Assembly (NCBI GenBank): GCA_903821355.1
Contig: CAIJKW010000039.1
Location: 1-56,484 of the forward strand
Direction: 5' to 3'
Source: an uncultured bacterium
Lineage (GTDB): Bacteria; Patescibacteriota; Minisyncoccia; Phycocordibacterales; CAIZLB01
DNA length: 56,484 nt
Position 1 is the first letter of the stretch. Every line of letters starts with the position of its first letter. The position numbers were made by a program, and so were the translations under genes. Shown here piece after piece: positions 25,560 to 34,047 of this stretch. The notes below the pieces were generated by a model. It was not told where the DNA came from, did no database searches, and saw only the letters and a program-made list of their open reading frames with translations.

Positions 25560-26245
25560 AATTCCTCCTTTATATATTCCATCACATCTTTAGTTGGTTT
25601 CCAATCGGGTGTCGTATTTTTTAAATTAGCGTTCTTTAATTCTCCCTTTCTCCAATCCTCATATTTGATTGGTTTACCAATGGCTTTAGCTATTTCATTT
25701 ACCGAATAATTTTGTTCTGAGCCAAAATAATAAGTTCCTGTCGGCCAGTCGATGGCTTGTTTAATCCCTCTCACTAAATCGTCAATATGAACATAGGTTC
25801 TCATCGCACTTCCATCTCCATAAATTGTGATATCTTCATTTAGAAATTTATCAATTACGCTTCGTGAACCGTGTCCGTAGACATTGGCAAAACGTAAAAT
25901 AACATAATTTTTACTCATCAGTTTGACAAACTTTTCACCACAGAACTTAGAGAGTCCGTAAGGAGATTCTATTGTTTCCTGGATTGTCCCCCCACTTGAG
26001 GCGAAGATAAATTTAGCATCTTTATAATGATTTAAGAGTCTGACCGTACCTGTAATATTGTTATTAACCGTATGTACAGGGTCTTTCATTGAGTTTATTA
26101 CCCCAGGTTGAGCTGCTAGGTGAATTACAACGTCAGCGTCAGGAAGAGGACAAGATAAAATATTCTCTCCATCCTTAAGGTCAATTCCAACATCTGAGGT
26201 TAGATGTCCCCCGATAAACCCTTTGTGCCCCGTAAGTAAGACCAT
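25553..26245 (-). CDS. compact NAD-dependent sugar epimerase/dehydratase (extended SDR)
   Basis: 230 aa. LLTGHKGFIGGHL (GxxGxxG), SSGG, and SPYGLSKFCGE (YxxxK) are present. Shorter than the usual length of about 310 aa. Confidence 0.7.
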   Translation of the reverse strand: MVLLTGHKGFIGGHLTSDVGIDLKDGENILSCPLPDADVVIHLAAQPGVINSMKDPVHTVNNNITGTVRLLNHYKDAKFIFASSGGTIQETIESPYGLSKFCGEKFVKLMSKNYVILRFANVYGHGSRSVIDKFLNEDITIYGDGSAMRTYVHIDDLVRGIKQAIDWPTGTYYFGSEQNYSVNEIAKAIGKPIKYEDWRKGELKNANLKNTTPDWKPTKDVMEYIKEELC

Positions 26246-26262
26246 TTTTCGTCCCTTCTCTG

Positions 26263-26460
26263 CTAACTTATATCTTTTTTAACTAACTTATCTGATACCC
26301 AAGTATAATCCGTAGTTTCAATCCTATCTGGATAGGTGGCGACCTTTTTCATTAATAAATCTCCACTCCAGGTATAAACTACATCAGGTTTTTCTTTTGA
26401 CTCTTCAATTGAAGCGTCTAAAGTGTTTAATTTCTTTAAAACGTCTTCTACATTCGCCAT
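26263..26460 (-). CDS. hypothetical protein
   Basis: 65 aa. Abuts the portal stop. No recognisable motif. Confidence 0.4.
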   Translation of the reverse strand: MANVEDVLKKLNTLDASIEESKEKPDVVYTWSGDLLMKKVATYPDRIETTDYTWVSDKLVKKDIS

Positions 26461-28224
26461 TTAATACTCCTCGGAATAGGTTTTTTCGTTCCACGCTCTG
26501 CTAACGGCTTCTTCGGCTCTTCTTTGCGAGACAAAAACATTTTTGCTTATGTCGTATTCTTCTTTGAAGACATCCGTGAATAAATTTCGATAAATAACCG
26601 GCATCCTTCTAATATCGATAGACATATAAACTGATGCATCGATAAAGTCTGAATCTCTCGCAAGCCTAACCCCATCATTTAGAATTAACTCGGCCTTCTC
26701 AACCATCTTTTCTATTTTTTCTCCCTTAACAAACGAGTCCTGGAGACAAGAGATTATTTTTTTCTGTTTCTCGTAAAATTCATCGCCCTCTTCTTCCCCG
26801 ACCTTATCGAACATTCTTCCAACATAACCTAATTTTATTTTACTCAAATTATCGTATTGTTCTTGTAGAGTCGTGCCATCGTCGATAGATTTCCTTATCG
26901 AGTTTTCTAATCGAGCCATTTGTTTTTGAACTATCTCTTTTTTGGCTTCTTTCTTGTCAACTGGCTTTTCTTTCTTGTCAACTGGATTTCCATTCTTGTC
27001 AACCTTACCCTCAACATTGGTTGGTTCAGCCGTGACTATTTCTATCTCTTCTAATGGGATACCTAAACGCTTAGAAAGTTCTTCGGTTGAAGGTCTAATC
27101 ATCTTCCCGTTGACCATTGCCGTTACGATATTAACGATTAAATCTTCGTTTACCTTAGAAAGAGGTAGGTACTTAAATTCAGGCACTTGAGCCTTTTCTC
27201 CGAAATTATACTTAACTAAAGGTGGAACGACATATTTATTTATATACGCCGTAATGTCATCCATAATCCCCATTAAGCCTGCCAGGAAGGTCGCTTTATG
27301 TTCTTTTCCTAATTCATACGACCCCACGTCTCCTGCCCCTAAAAGTAAGTCAGGAATAAAGATAGCTCTCGCTTTTTCCATATCCAATCTTTTAAGATAG
27401 GTGTCAAAATCAACACCCCTCATTTGTGATTCTAAAATATTGATGTCATACAACTTATTTCCCTGGTCGTCAACATCGGATGGAATTGTCGCAGTGGCGT
27501 GAGACTTAACCCCCTCTAGGGTTGATTGCATAATATCCATTGCGTCTTTTTTACCACCGTAGGAATCTTCAACGATTTCATTTGGGGCTCTACCTAAAAG
27601 TAAAGGTTCGGCATACCTCTCGTAATATCGGTTCGCAAATAAATGAATAATCTCAGAGTTATACCAAGGTTTATAAGCAGCAACAAGACGACTTCTCCCG
27701 TAATAGTTTCCATCTTCCATTTCGTTTGGATACCATAAAGACTGATCTATTGGGATGTCTTCTTTCCTTGCTTCTCCTGGGAATTGAACAAACCCATCAT
27801 AGACCCCATCTTCACGAGTTTTGACAATACAAGTCTCAGGAGCAAGGTCTTTGATTCTTTTATAAATAACAAGTCCTTTATCGTCTAGGGTAAAGACTTT
27901 AACCATAGGCGAATACCCAGACCAAAAAGCCTTCGTAAAGCCTCTAATAAGTTCATTCCAAATTAATTGGATTGATTCTTCGATATGTTTTTTAGCTTTT
28001 GGACTTCCATCTTCAACATACCAATCTATTTTTTGTAAAGTAAAAGTTAGAACGTTTAGACAGGCATTTATTTGATAATCATTTCGCATCTTACGAAAAG
28101 TCGCAATTGAGATATTGCTCGGATTGTACTTCGTTCCATCTGGAAGATTGTACATATTAAAGGCATTTAATCCCCAAACGCCAGTCTTAGCATTTAGGGG
28201 GGCCTTGTTCTTTTTTGTAGGCAT
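26461..28224 (-). CDS. portal protein
   Basis: 587 aa, directly downstream of the large terminase with no gap. Acidic, coiled-coil-rich C-terminal region. Called by position and size. Confidence 0.7.
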   Translation of the reverse strand: MPTKKNKAPLNAKTGVWGLNAFNMYNLPDGTKYNPSNISIATFRKMRNDYQINACLNVLTFTLQKIDWYVEDGSPKAKKHIEESIQLIWNELIRGFTKAFWSGYSPMVKVFTLDDKGLVIYKRIKDLAPETCIVKTREDGVYDGFVQFPGEARKEDIPIDQSLWYPNEMEDGNYYGRSRLVAAYKPWYNSEIIHLFANRYYERYAEPLLLGRAPNEIVEDSYGGKKDAMDIMQSTLEGVKSHATATIPSDVDDQGNKLYDINILESQMRGVDFDTYLKRLDMEKARAIFIPDLLLGAGDVGSYELGKEHKATFLAGLMGIMDDITAYINKYVVPPLVKYNFGEKAQVPEFKYLPLSKVNEDLIVNIVTAMVNGKMIRPSTEELSKRLGIPLEEIEIVTAEPTNVEGKVDKNGNPVDKKEKPVDKKEAKKEIVQKQMARLENSIRKSIDDGTTLQEQYDNLSKIKLGYVGRMFDKVGEEEGDEFYEKQKKIISCLQDSFVKGEKIEKMVEKAELILNDGVRLARDSDFIDASVYMSIDIRRMPVIYRNLFTDVFKEEYDISKNVFVSQRRAEEAVSRAWNEKTYSEEY

Positions 28225-30909
28225 CTAATTCTCCGATGTCAGCCTAGGTGTTCCAAATTTATTTTTCCAAGAGGATAGACCCGATGCTGACTTTTTATTT
28301 GTTACTAAATTATAAACTACGCCTGCGACCGCATCTGAGACATCTTTTGAACCCTTTGGTTGGTGGTCAACCTTATTGCCATTAACGAGTTCAAGTTTGA
28401 CACATTCGTCTATAAATGGGTCGTATTTATAGTATTTCAATCTACCATCGTAAATTGCTTCTTTTAATGATTCGTAAGGTGCTGTGGTCCTGTCTATCGA
28501 CGAAAGTTCAGCTCTGATTTTTCTTCGTTTCATTTGTTGCAAGCTATCTGCTGATTGCCAACCATCCATCGTCACGAGGAAAATATGGAACCCTCTGTCG
28601 ATTAAATTATAAATAATCTGCCTCACATCTGAAATTTGGATTTCTCCACCAGGCGGTGCAGGTATTCTTATCATAAGGTCTATTTTAATAATTGGCAAAT
28701 CTTCGCCCCCTATTTTTGACATTTCCTTAATGTGCCCCATCGCTAGTCCGCATTTATCCCCCCCGTTCTTATTTAAACCAAGGTCAATATGGACTGTTCT
28801 CGGAACTCGGTCAAAGCATTTAAAGTCTAGTTTAAACTTGCCATCAAAGGTCATTGGGTGAGACATTTCAGGGTCAAACCCATCTATGACTTTTTCAGGG
28901 AAAGAAAAGAACGGTTCAGCCGCATAGGCGGGGATAGCCGCTAAATCTCTTAGGGCTTTCTCTGGATTCCTCTTAAATTCATCTTCGTATTCAACCGGAA
29001 CGTCTAATTCGGCTAAATTGCTTTTAAAGTGAAAAGTCCGTCCACAATACTCTGATTTGGGATGAGCCTCCCAAATTGGCAGAGTAACTGCGTGAATTGA
29101 TTTTCTATCTTCCGATTCTTTAATACGGGTCATAATAAAGCCATCAACCGTTTTTGGACTACCAATAATGATAACCATCCCCTTTCGACCAAACCGAGAC
29201 TTAATCCTTCCCTTAATCGCATCATACCCAACTTCAGCCGCATCTTTATCTTCTGTTTTAGTGTGAGAGTCGGCTTCGTCAATAATTCCTCCCAAGATGT
29301 TATAACCCTCAAAAAAAGTCTCACTTGAGTTTCCTGGGATGACGGAAATGTTCTTGGGAAACCTTAACTCGCTGGTCACGTTCTTATCGTAAAAGAAGTT
29401 ATTCCTAAACCAAGGAGAATGGTTAACCCTTTCGGAAATTTCCCCAAATACGACCTTTTGAGCTGATTTCTGGTTAACGGAGTTGTGAACTACCATTCCG
29501 TTTGCTATAAAATTATGATAACTGTCAATCGTGATATCATAAGTTTTTCTTTTGCCCATAAATTCGATATCCTTAATCTGACTAAACCCTATGTCTGGAA
29601 TAGAACGGTGTTTAGGTGAGCATTGTTCAAATTCACTCCCAAATTTACCTATTTCGTTTATAAACATTTGTACTGCTAACTGACGACCGCAAAAAACCTG
29701 ATAACCATCATTTGTATTCATTCCTTTAGTAAATCCGTAAGATGTATTTCTTTTAATAATACGACAAGGAACCTTAAATCTAAGTAATAATTCTCGTACA
29801 TCACAGGCAAGACCATAAGAAGATGTCGAATAAGTTAAAACCATTGACCCGCCACCATGACGATAGATACATCCATCGGTTGCCCACAATCTTGATAAAA
29901 ATATTTTTAATTGTTTATTATTAAGTTTAAATATTTCTTTAGGTATTCTTTTGGTTAAAGATGTTTTCCCCCATAAATCATATCTTTTACATAAATTGTC
30001 CAATTCCCTAGTAAATACTTCCCTAGTCTTTCCGTTACTTTTTTCTACCACTCGATATTTTGTAATCATTTTTGTAAATTCATCAAAAACAATCTTATTT
30101 GAGGTAGCAAAAGAAACATATTTTTTTGTACAACCGTCTCCAATTAAATAAGCTAGTTGCTTTATTGCGTTCTCATCCATAACTGCCGAACCATCAATCG
30201 GAAGGAAGTGAGGAGAAGCGATAGCATCACCTACCTTTAACTCTTTCAACTCCTGAAAATGTTTCATAGCAGTGTAAAACGGATGGTTGTCGGTACAGAC
30301 GATACTAAATCCGTTAGTCAGAGTCACCTTATAAGTATCTTTTTCCCCGTTATAAACAGAATCAACGACCGCAGATTCAATAAGTTTTTTATCTTTCGTC
30401 ATTGACAATACATTCGGTCTTAATTTTTTATCATGTAATTCACCAATTTTAATTTTGGTACCATCGGTTAAAAATATATCAGTATCATAATCAAGGCACA
30501 TATTCATAAAGTAAATATGCGTTCCTGGAGATTTGTGATAATAATCTGCGGGGTCTTTTAAGCAAGCAACGCAATAAATCATATACGCAACCGCCACTGA
30601 AGAAAAATAGCTTTTCCCCGACCCAATTCCAGCACAGAAGATAACCTCCTCATACTTAACATACATATCCTTAACCGTCCCTGAAAAAACCTCTTCCAGT
30701 TCTTGTTGGATACGAGGGTAGACTTTGCCCTTTAATTTTAGATACTCAGTGCCTTCAATAAATTCTTTTATTGGAACTGGAAATTCCTTAAACTCAGGAT
30801 TCTTCAGTAACCAATGAGCCATCTCTAGCTCTTTGGTATCGACGCTCCTTAAGGATACCTCCAATTGCTTCACCAAGTTGCTTTCTTTCTTCCCCTGTAA
30901 GTTGCTCAC
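28225..30909 (-). CDS. terL: terminase large subunit, intein-containing
   Basis: 894 aa. Walker A is CAGIGSGKS and Walker B-like is GGIIDEADS; a nuclease-half region (HIDLGLNKNGGDKCGLAMGH ... TMDGWQS ... DVSDA) follows. The intein sits between the Walker motifs. The real start may be the internal Met at 30822, because the 5' end overlaps the upstream ORF. Confidence 0.85.
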   Translation of the reverse strand: MSNLQGKKESNLVKQLEVSLRSVDTKELEMAHWLLKNPEFKEFPVPIKEFIEGTEYLKLKGKVYPRIQQELEEVFSGTVKDMYVKYEEVIFCAGIGSGKSYFSSVAVAYMIYCVACLKDPADYYHKSPGTHIYFMNMCLDYDTDIFLTDGTKIKIGELHDKKLRPNVLSMTKDKKLIESAVVDSVYNGEKDTYKVTLTNGFSIVCTDNHPFYTAMKHFQELKELKVGDAIASPHFLPIDGSAVMDENAIKQLAYLIGDGCTKKYVSFATSNKIVFDEFTKMITKYRVVEKSNGKTREVFTRELDNLCKRYDLWGKTSLTKRIPKEIFKLNNKQLKIFLSRLWATDGCIYRHGGGSMVLTYSTSSYGLACDVRELLLRFKVPCRIIKRNTSYGFTKGMNTNDGYQVFCGRQLAVQMFINEIGKFGSEFEQCSPKHRSIPDIGFSQIKDIEFMGKRKTYDITIDSYHNFIANGMVVHNSVNQKSAQKVVFGEISERVNHSPWFRNNFFYDKNVTSELRFPKNISVIPGNSSETFFEGYNILGGIIDEADSHTKTEDKDAAEVGYDAIKGRIKSRFGRKGMVIIIGSPKTVDGFIMTRIKESEDRKSIHAVTLPIWEAHPKSEYCGRTFHFKSNLAELDVPVEYEDEFKRNPEKALRDLAAIPAYAAEPFFSFPEKVIDGFDPEMSHPMTFDGKFKLDFKCFDRVPRTVHIDLGLNKNGGDKCGLAMGHIKEMSKIGGEDLPIIKIDLMIRIPAPPGGEIQISDVRQIIYNLIDRGFHIFLVTMDGWQSADSLQQMKRRKIRAELSSIDRTTAPYESLKEAIYDGRLKYYKYDPFIDECVKLELVNGNKVDHQPKGSKDVSDAVAGVVYNLVTNKKSASGLSSWKNKFGTPRLTSEN
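29482..30498 (-). mobile_element. class 1 intein with a LAGLIDADG homing endonuclease (339 aa) in the terminase ATPase domain
   Basis: Begins CLDYDTDIFLTDG (Cys1, codon at 30498..30496). Block B is CTDNHPF. Two LAGLIDADG motifs are present (LAYLIGDGC, FLSRLWATDGC). Ends GMVVHN followed by Ser+1 (Asn codon at 29484..29482). The spliced junction would read YFMNM-SVNQKSAQ. Confidence 0.85.
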
Positions 30910-31966
30910 TCAATTCCTCCATAGTCTTATTAACATCGTCCCATTTTACGCCCGATGGGTTTTTTATCATTAAAATTAAATCTTTGGCATTTTTAATTAG
31001 AGAATTTTCCAGCACGGTTGTCTCTGAAGACATCTGACCAGTCATTTCCTCTATTTCAACCGCCTTGCCATATCTAATGCCTTGATTTGAGATAACATCA
31101 GTTAAACCGTCATAGATTATCTCCAAATCTCTTGTTTTAAACTTCTCGGCCAGGACCTTAAACTTTTTCTGTTTCACGCATAAAGAATTATCGGCCCGAT
31201 CAATACATCTATCCGCCATTGAGCAATAATCACAGTTTTTAAAGGTTTGAGAGTAAAGTTCCCTACTTTCGACTCCTTTTCGGCTTATTTCTGTCACTTT
31301 TTCAGTTAGCATCGGACTTACAACGTTTTCTTTCACCTTTTTCTCTTTTTTAGCCTCTTTTTCCACCTTTTTGACCATTTCACCGTCATGTACCATGTAT
31401 AAATAAGATTTAATGTTAAATTCAACCAAAGTAGAGTACGAAGCGTTGTGTATGTCTTGATTCTTGTACCCTAAAAGGTCAATCATCTTCGTATATTTTA
31501 AAATCTTCCGCCAATCAGTAGAATCCACCCTCTTTCCGTTAGGTAGGATAAATTCTTTAAACATCGCCACCTGCTGAGGATTCACGGAAACGAAATCAAA
31601 ATTATAATTTACTAAAATAGAACTTGAGCTGACATTTAAACCAAAGAGATCTCCCGTCTTCCTCTCAAAACATTCTCTTAAAAAAAGTAAAGCCTTGGCT
31701 TTCTCCGACCGCATGTTAGGAAGTTTAACAGACATATCGCCTTTAAATTTATTCCAATCATCCCCCATTTTAAAAAGGGGAAATTTCCTCTTACCAATCA
31801 AAACGCAGTCATCACATTCTAAAGCATACTCTACGTCTGGGAAGTGCTTACTCATATACGAAGTTAAATTCAGGGATTTTTTCGTGACAGCTTTTAAGTT
31901 GAACATCGGAAGGCCTAAGCCTTTTAGTTCTTCAATGTAGGTTTCGGCATAATTAAAGTAAATCAC
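30794..31966 (-). CDS. hypothetical protein upstream of the terminase (possible DNA-packaging accessory or small-terminase role)
   Basis: 390 aa with a Cys cluster CDYCSMADRCIDRADNSLC. Position only. Confidence 0.3.
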   Translation of the reverse strand: MIYFNYAETYIEELKGLGLPMFNLKAVTKKSLNLTSYMSKHFPDVEYALECDDCVLIGKRKFPLFKMGDDWNKFKGDMSVKLPNMRSEKAKALLFLRECFERKTGDLFGLNVSSSSILVNYNFDFVSVNPQQVAMFKEFILPNGKRVDSTDWRKILKYTKMIDLLGYKNQDIHNASYSTLVEFNIKSYLYMVHDGEMVKKVEKEAKKEKKVKENVVSPMLTEKVTEISRKGVESRELYSQTFKNCDYCSMADRCIDRADNSLCVKQKKFKVLAEKFKTRDLEIIYDGLTDVISNQGIRYGKAVEIEEMTGQMSSETTVLENSLIKNAKDLILMIKNPSGVKWDDVNKTMEELSEQLTGEERKQLGEAIGGILKERRYQRARDGSLVTEES

Positions 31967-32205
31967 AGCCTACCTCTCAGGGAGCAGTTCCGATTGATAC
32001 ATTTCCCCTCGGATTTCAACTGTCCGCACTGACGGCAAGCATTGAGGTTGGTTGAAGCAGAAGTAACCGTTTGGTATTTGGGCTTTTTCGAAAGGGGTTT
32101 TATGGGACCCATATCTATTTTAATAAGAGTACGGATATACCCGTTTCCACATTCTCTAACATATTTCAGTTCTTCTTCTGATAGATACAAATTTATATAT
32201 GGCAT
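31963..32205 (-). CDS. small Zn-ribbon DNA-binding-like protein, first gene of the late operon
   Basis: The track ORF starts at 32232, but its first 9 codons are the operator palindrome. The Met at 32205 (MPYINLYLSEEELKYVRECGNGY...CRQCG...CINRNC) lies about 7 nt after the predicted -10 element. Confidence 0.45.
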   Translation of the reverse strand: MPYINLYLSEEELKYVRECGNGYIRTLIKIDMGPIKPLSKKPKYQTVTSASTNLNACRQCGQLKSEGKCINRNCSLRGRL

Positions 32206-32211
32206 GAACAT

Positions 32212-32240
32212 AGTATATGTACATATGTACATACTGTCAA
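32212..32240 (-). promoter_or_regulatory. sigma70-like promoter of the late (minus-strand) operon, with the palindromic operator in the spacer
   Basis: Minus strand reads TTGACA (32240..32235), a 17-nt spacer gtATGTACATATGTACA, then TATACT (32217..32212). Confidence 0.5.
32217..32232. promoter_or_regulatory. operator-like 16-bp perfect palindrome ATGTACATATGTACAT
   Basis: Two tandem copies of the 8-bp palindrome ATGTACAT. The flanking 15-mer TATATGTACATATGT recurs at 32395-32409. Confidence 0.5.
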
Positions 32241-32394
32241 ATCTTATTCATTTTCCCTCACGGGGGTGTATATTTTCGAAAGGCAGAAGTCACCATCCGT
32301 GAAGGGGGTCCCCCTCCAAAAGTTCGGTGGGGGTGCTTCAATTTATACTCTCTAAGCTCACCAGTGAGCCTACAACGTAAGTTTATTATTATTA

Positions 32395-32409
32395 TATATG
32401 TACATATGT
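32395..32409. promoter_or_regulatory. second copy of the operator-like sequence TATATGTACATATGT
   Basis: Exact 15-nt match to 32214-32228, 181 bp away, in the divergent control region. Confidence 0.45.
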
Positions 32410-32480
32410 TTTAATTATTATCGAGCCTTAGAACGCAAATTCGCGCCTAGTTATACACAAGTCATGGCGTGAATAATCTA

Positions 32481-32505
32481 TTGACACAACATAGCTTGAT
32501 ATAAT
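32481..32505 (+). promoter_or_regulatory. early promoter (extended -10)
   Basis: TTGACACAA...TGATATAAT. The TGnTATAAT element is at 32497-32505. The same TTGACACAA / TGATATAAT pair recurs at 34835-34854. Confidence 0.5.
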
Positions 32506-32724
32506 ACTATATATACATAGCACAACAAGGCGACGCTATAACACGCATGATATAGCGGATCAGATAAAACAATTTCAGCCTTGTTGTGCAAGGTAAAGTA
32601 GAGCAATAAAGTAAAGTTTAAAATGCTACCTATTTAAAACGATCTAGCTACTAACAAGCTATATAGAAGGCTTATAGATAGATAGAGGGATTGAATAAGA
32701 AGCAAAAAAAAGAAGGGCGGCGAT

Positions 32725-33387
32725 ATGAATTACTTAGAAGCAACAAAAACGCTTGATAATAGATCAAGCAAGAAGATTGCTAATAACACTTATTTGAAGC
32801 AATTGAATGACTGTATCGGGTTACTATATCATGATACCTATATAATCAAATTCTATTCTGATTATATGATACTTGATAATGGCGGTTATTATACCATGAC
32901 AACAAAAGAAAGACTTAACACTTTCGGGATTGTTGGAATATATCAAAAAAATAGTATCTGGTATCTTTCAGATAATAGCGCGTTTTATAACGGCGTCAAA
33001 ATAGATTATAGCAGCAACGTTATCAATCCAAAAGATCCAAAAAAAGATGAAGATCAAAACAAAAAATTGAAACTGAAAATAAATAAATATTCAAGTAAAT
33101 TTATTGAATATATCAATAAAGGCAAGTTACAAATTCCAAGTGGTGGTGATTGCTGGTTTTGCGCTATGAAAACCGATCAAAACATGGCGCTTGGTGATGC
33201 AACAAAAAATAACCAGCATTTACTAGATCATATTGCTGAAAATTATTTTGTACCATCACTGTTATTCAACGCTATAAAAGAAGCTGGTTATGGCAATCCA
33301 GAGTTAATTTATAGTGTTATTCAAAACGGTAATTTTGATGATGCTAAAAATATACTAACAAAATATATTTATAAACGGTTAAGGTAA
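32725..33387 (+). CDS. hypothetical early protein
   Basis: 220 aa, first plus-strand gene. RBS-like GAAGGGCGG lies upstream. Contains GGDCWFCAM. No family recognised. Confidence 0.5.
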   Translation: MNYLEATKTLDNRSSKKIANNTYLKQLNDCIGLLYHDTYIIKFYSDYMILDNGGYYTMTTKERLNTFGIVGIYQKNSIWYLSDNSAFYNGVKIDYSSNVINPKDPKKDEDQNKKLKLKINKYSSKFIEYINKGKLQIPSGGDCWFCAMKTDQNMALGDATKNNQHLLDHIAENYFVPSLLFNAIKEAGYGNPELIYSVIQNGNFDDAKNILTKYIYKRLR

Positions 33388-33397
33388 TTGATAGATA

Positions 33398-33419
33398 CCA
33401 GCTATTTTGTTATAGCTGG
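33398..33419 (+). terminator. hairpin after the first early gene
   Basis: CCAGCTAT-tttgtt-ATAGCTGG (8-bp stem), 10 nt after the stop. The T-tail is weak (ATTGTAT). Confidence 0.35.
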
Positions 33420-33470
33420 ATTGTATCAATTAATAAGTCAAAAAAGACTTTAAAATTAGAAGGGATTGAG

Positions 33471-33638
33471 ATGGATAAAAAAATAGCTGAAACATGGGAT
33501 TATTTGCTAGAACTCGGAGTAAATGAAGACGTTCTTAAAACCGTTACCAATATCAATGGGTATAATATTGAGAGCCTAAACGATATTATTTACGCTAAAT
33601 TTGGATATCACGATTTAGAACAATTAAAAAATAGTTAA
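33471..33638 (+). CDS. hypothetical small protein (55 aa, below the ORF-track cut-off)
   Basis: ATG preceded by AGAAGGGATTGAG. Translation MDKKIAETWDYLLELGVNEDVLKTVTNINGYNIESLNDIIYAKFGYHDLEQLKNS. Confidence 0.4.
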   Translation: MDKKIAETWDYLLELGVNEDVLKTVTNINGYNIESLNDIIYAKFGYHDLEQLKNS

Positions 33639-33645
33639 TAGATCA

Positions 33646-33665
33646 GAGCCGGCAAGCTCCGGCTC
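33646..33665 (+). terminator. hairpin GAGCCGG-caagct-CCGGCTC
   Basis: A 7-bp GC-rich stem 8 nt after the 55-aa ORF. No clear T-run. Confidence 0.3.
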
Positions 33666-33692
33666 AAATGTATTAATTAAAAAGGGGGTTTC

Positions 33693-33875
33693 ATGCTAAG
33701 TAAAAAAACTAAAAAAGCGATTGCAAGGCGTAAAAATAAAACAAGGCTAAAAAACCTTGTGAATTATCTTGCAATTGTAGCATTTTTTATCGGAGTTATT
33801 TTAGTCGGAATGGCTTTGATAGAGTGGGTTAACGCTGGAGAGTATGCCCATAATATGAATAATTTATTAAACTAA
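33693..33875 (+). CDS. small membrane protein
   Basis: 60 aa. Basic N-terminus (KKTKKAIARRKNKTRLK), then a TM helix LAIVAFFIGVILVGMALIEWV. RBS is AAAGGGGG. Confidence 0.5.
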   Translation: MLSKKTKKAIARRKNKTRLKNLVNYLAIVAFFIGVILVGMALIEWVNAGEYAHNMNNLLN

Positions 33876-33888
33876 AAAGGGGTTAAAA

Positions 33889-34047
33889 ATGACAACAATA
33901 AAAGAGATCGAATCGGAGTTATGGCGGTTTAGAAGTTTACAAGGTAAAAAAGAAGATGTCGCTGCTTATGCCGGAGTGACAACGGCTTACATTGTGGCTT
34001 TGGTAGAGAGAGATCAACTAAAAAAGCAAAGGGAGGAGCTAAAATGA
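33889..34047 (+). CDS. hypothetical small protein (52 aa)
   Basis: RBS AAAAGGGG. Translation MTTIKEIESELWRFRSLQGKKEDVAAYAGVTTAYIVALVERDQLKKQREELK (HTH-like). Its stop overlaps the next start (ATGA). Confidence 0.4.
   Translation: MTTIKEIESELWRFRSLQGKKEDVAAYAGVTTAYIVALVERDQLKKQREELK

Noticed and set aside
20686-31940. Short nested or antisense ORFs in the late operon (20686, 20778, 21024, 23645, 24527, 26942, 29130, 29951, 31695)
   Set aside because: They are embedded in longer motif-bearing genes, with no independent start signals.
32042-32414. Plus-strand ORFs 32042 and 32217 in the control region
   Set aside because: They partly consist of the operator palindrome read as codons, have no RBS, and overlap the late promoter.
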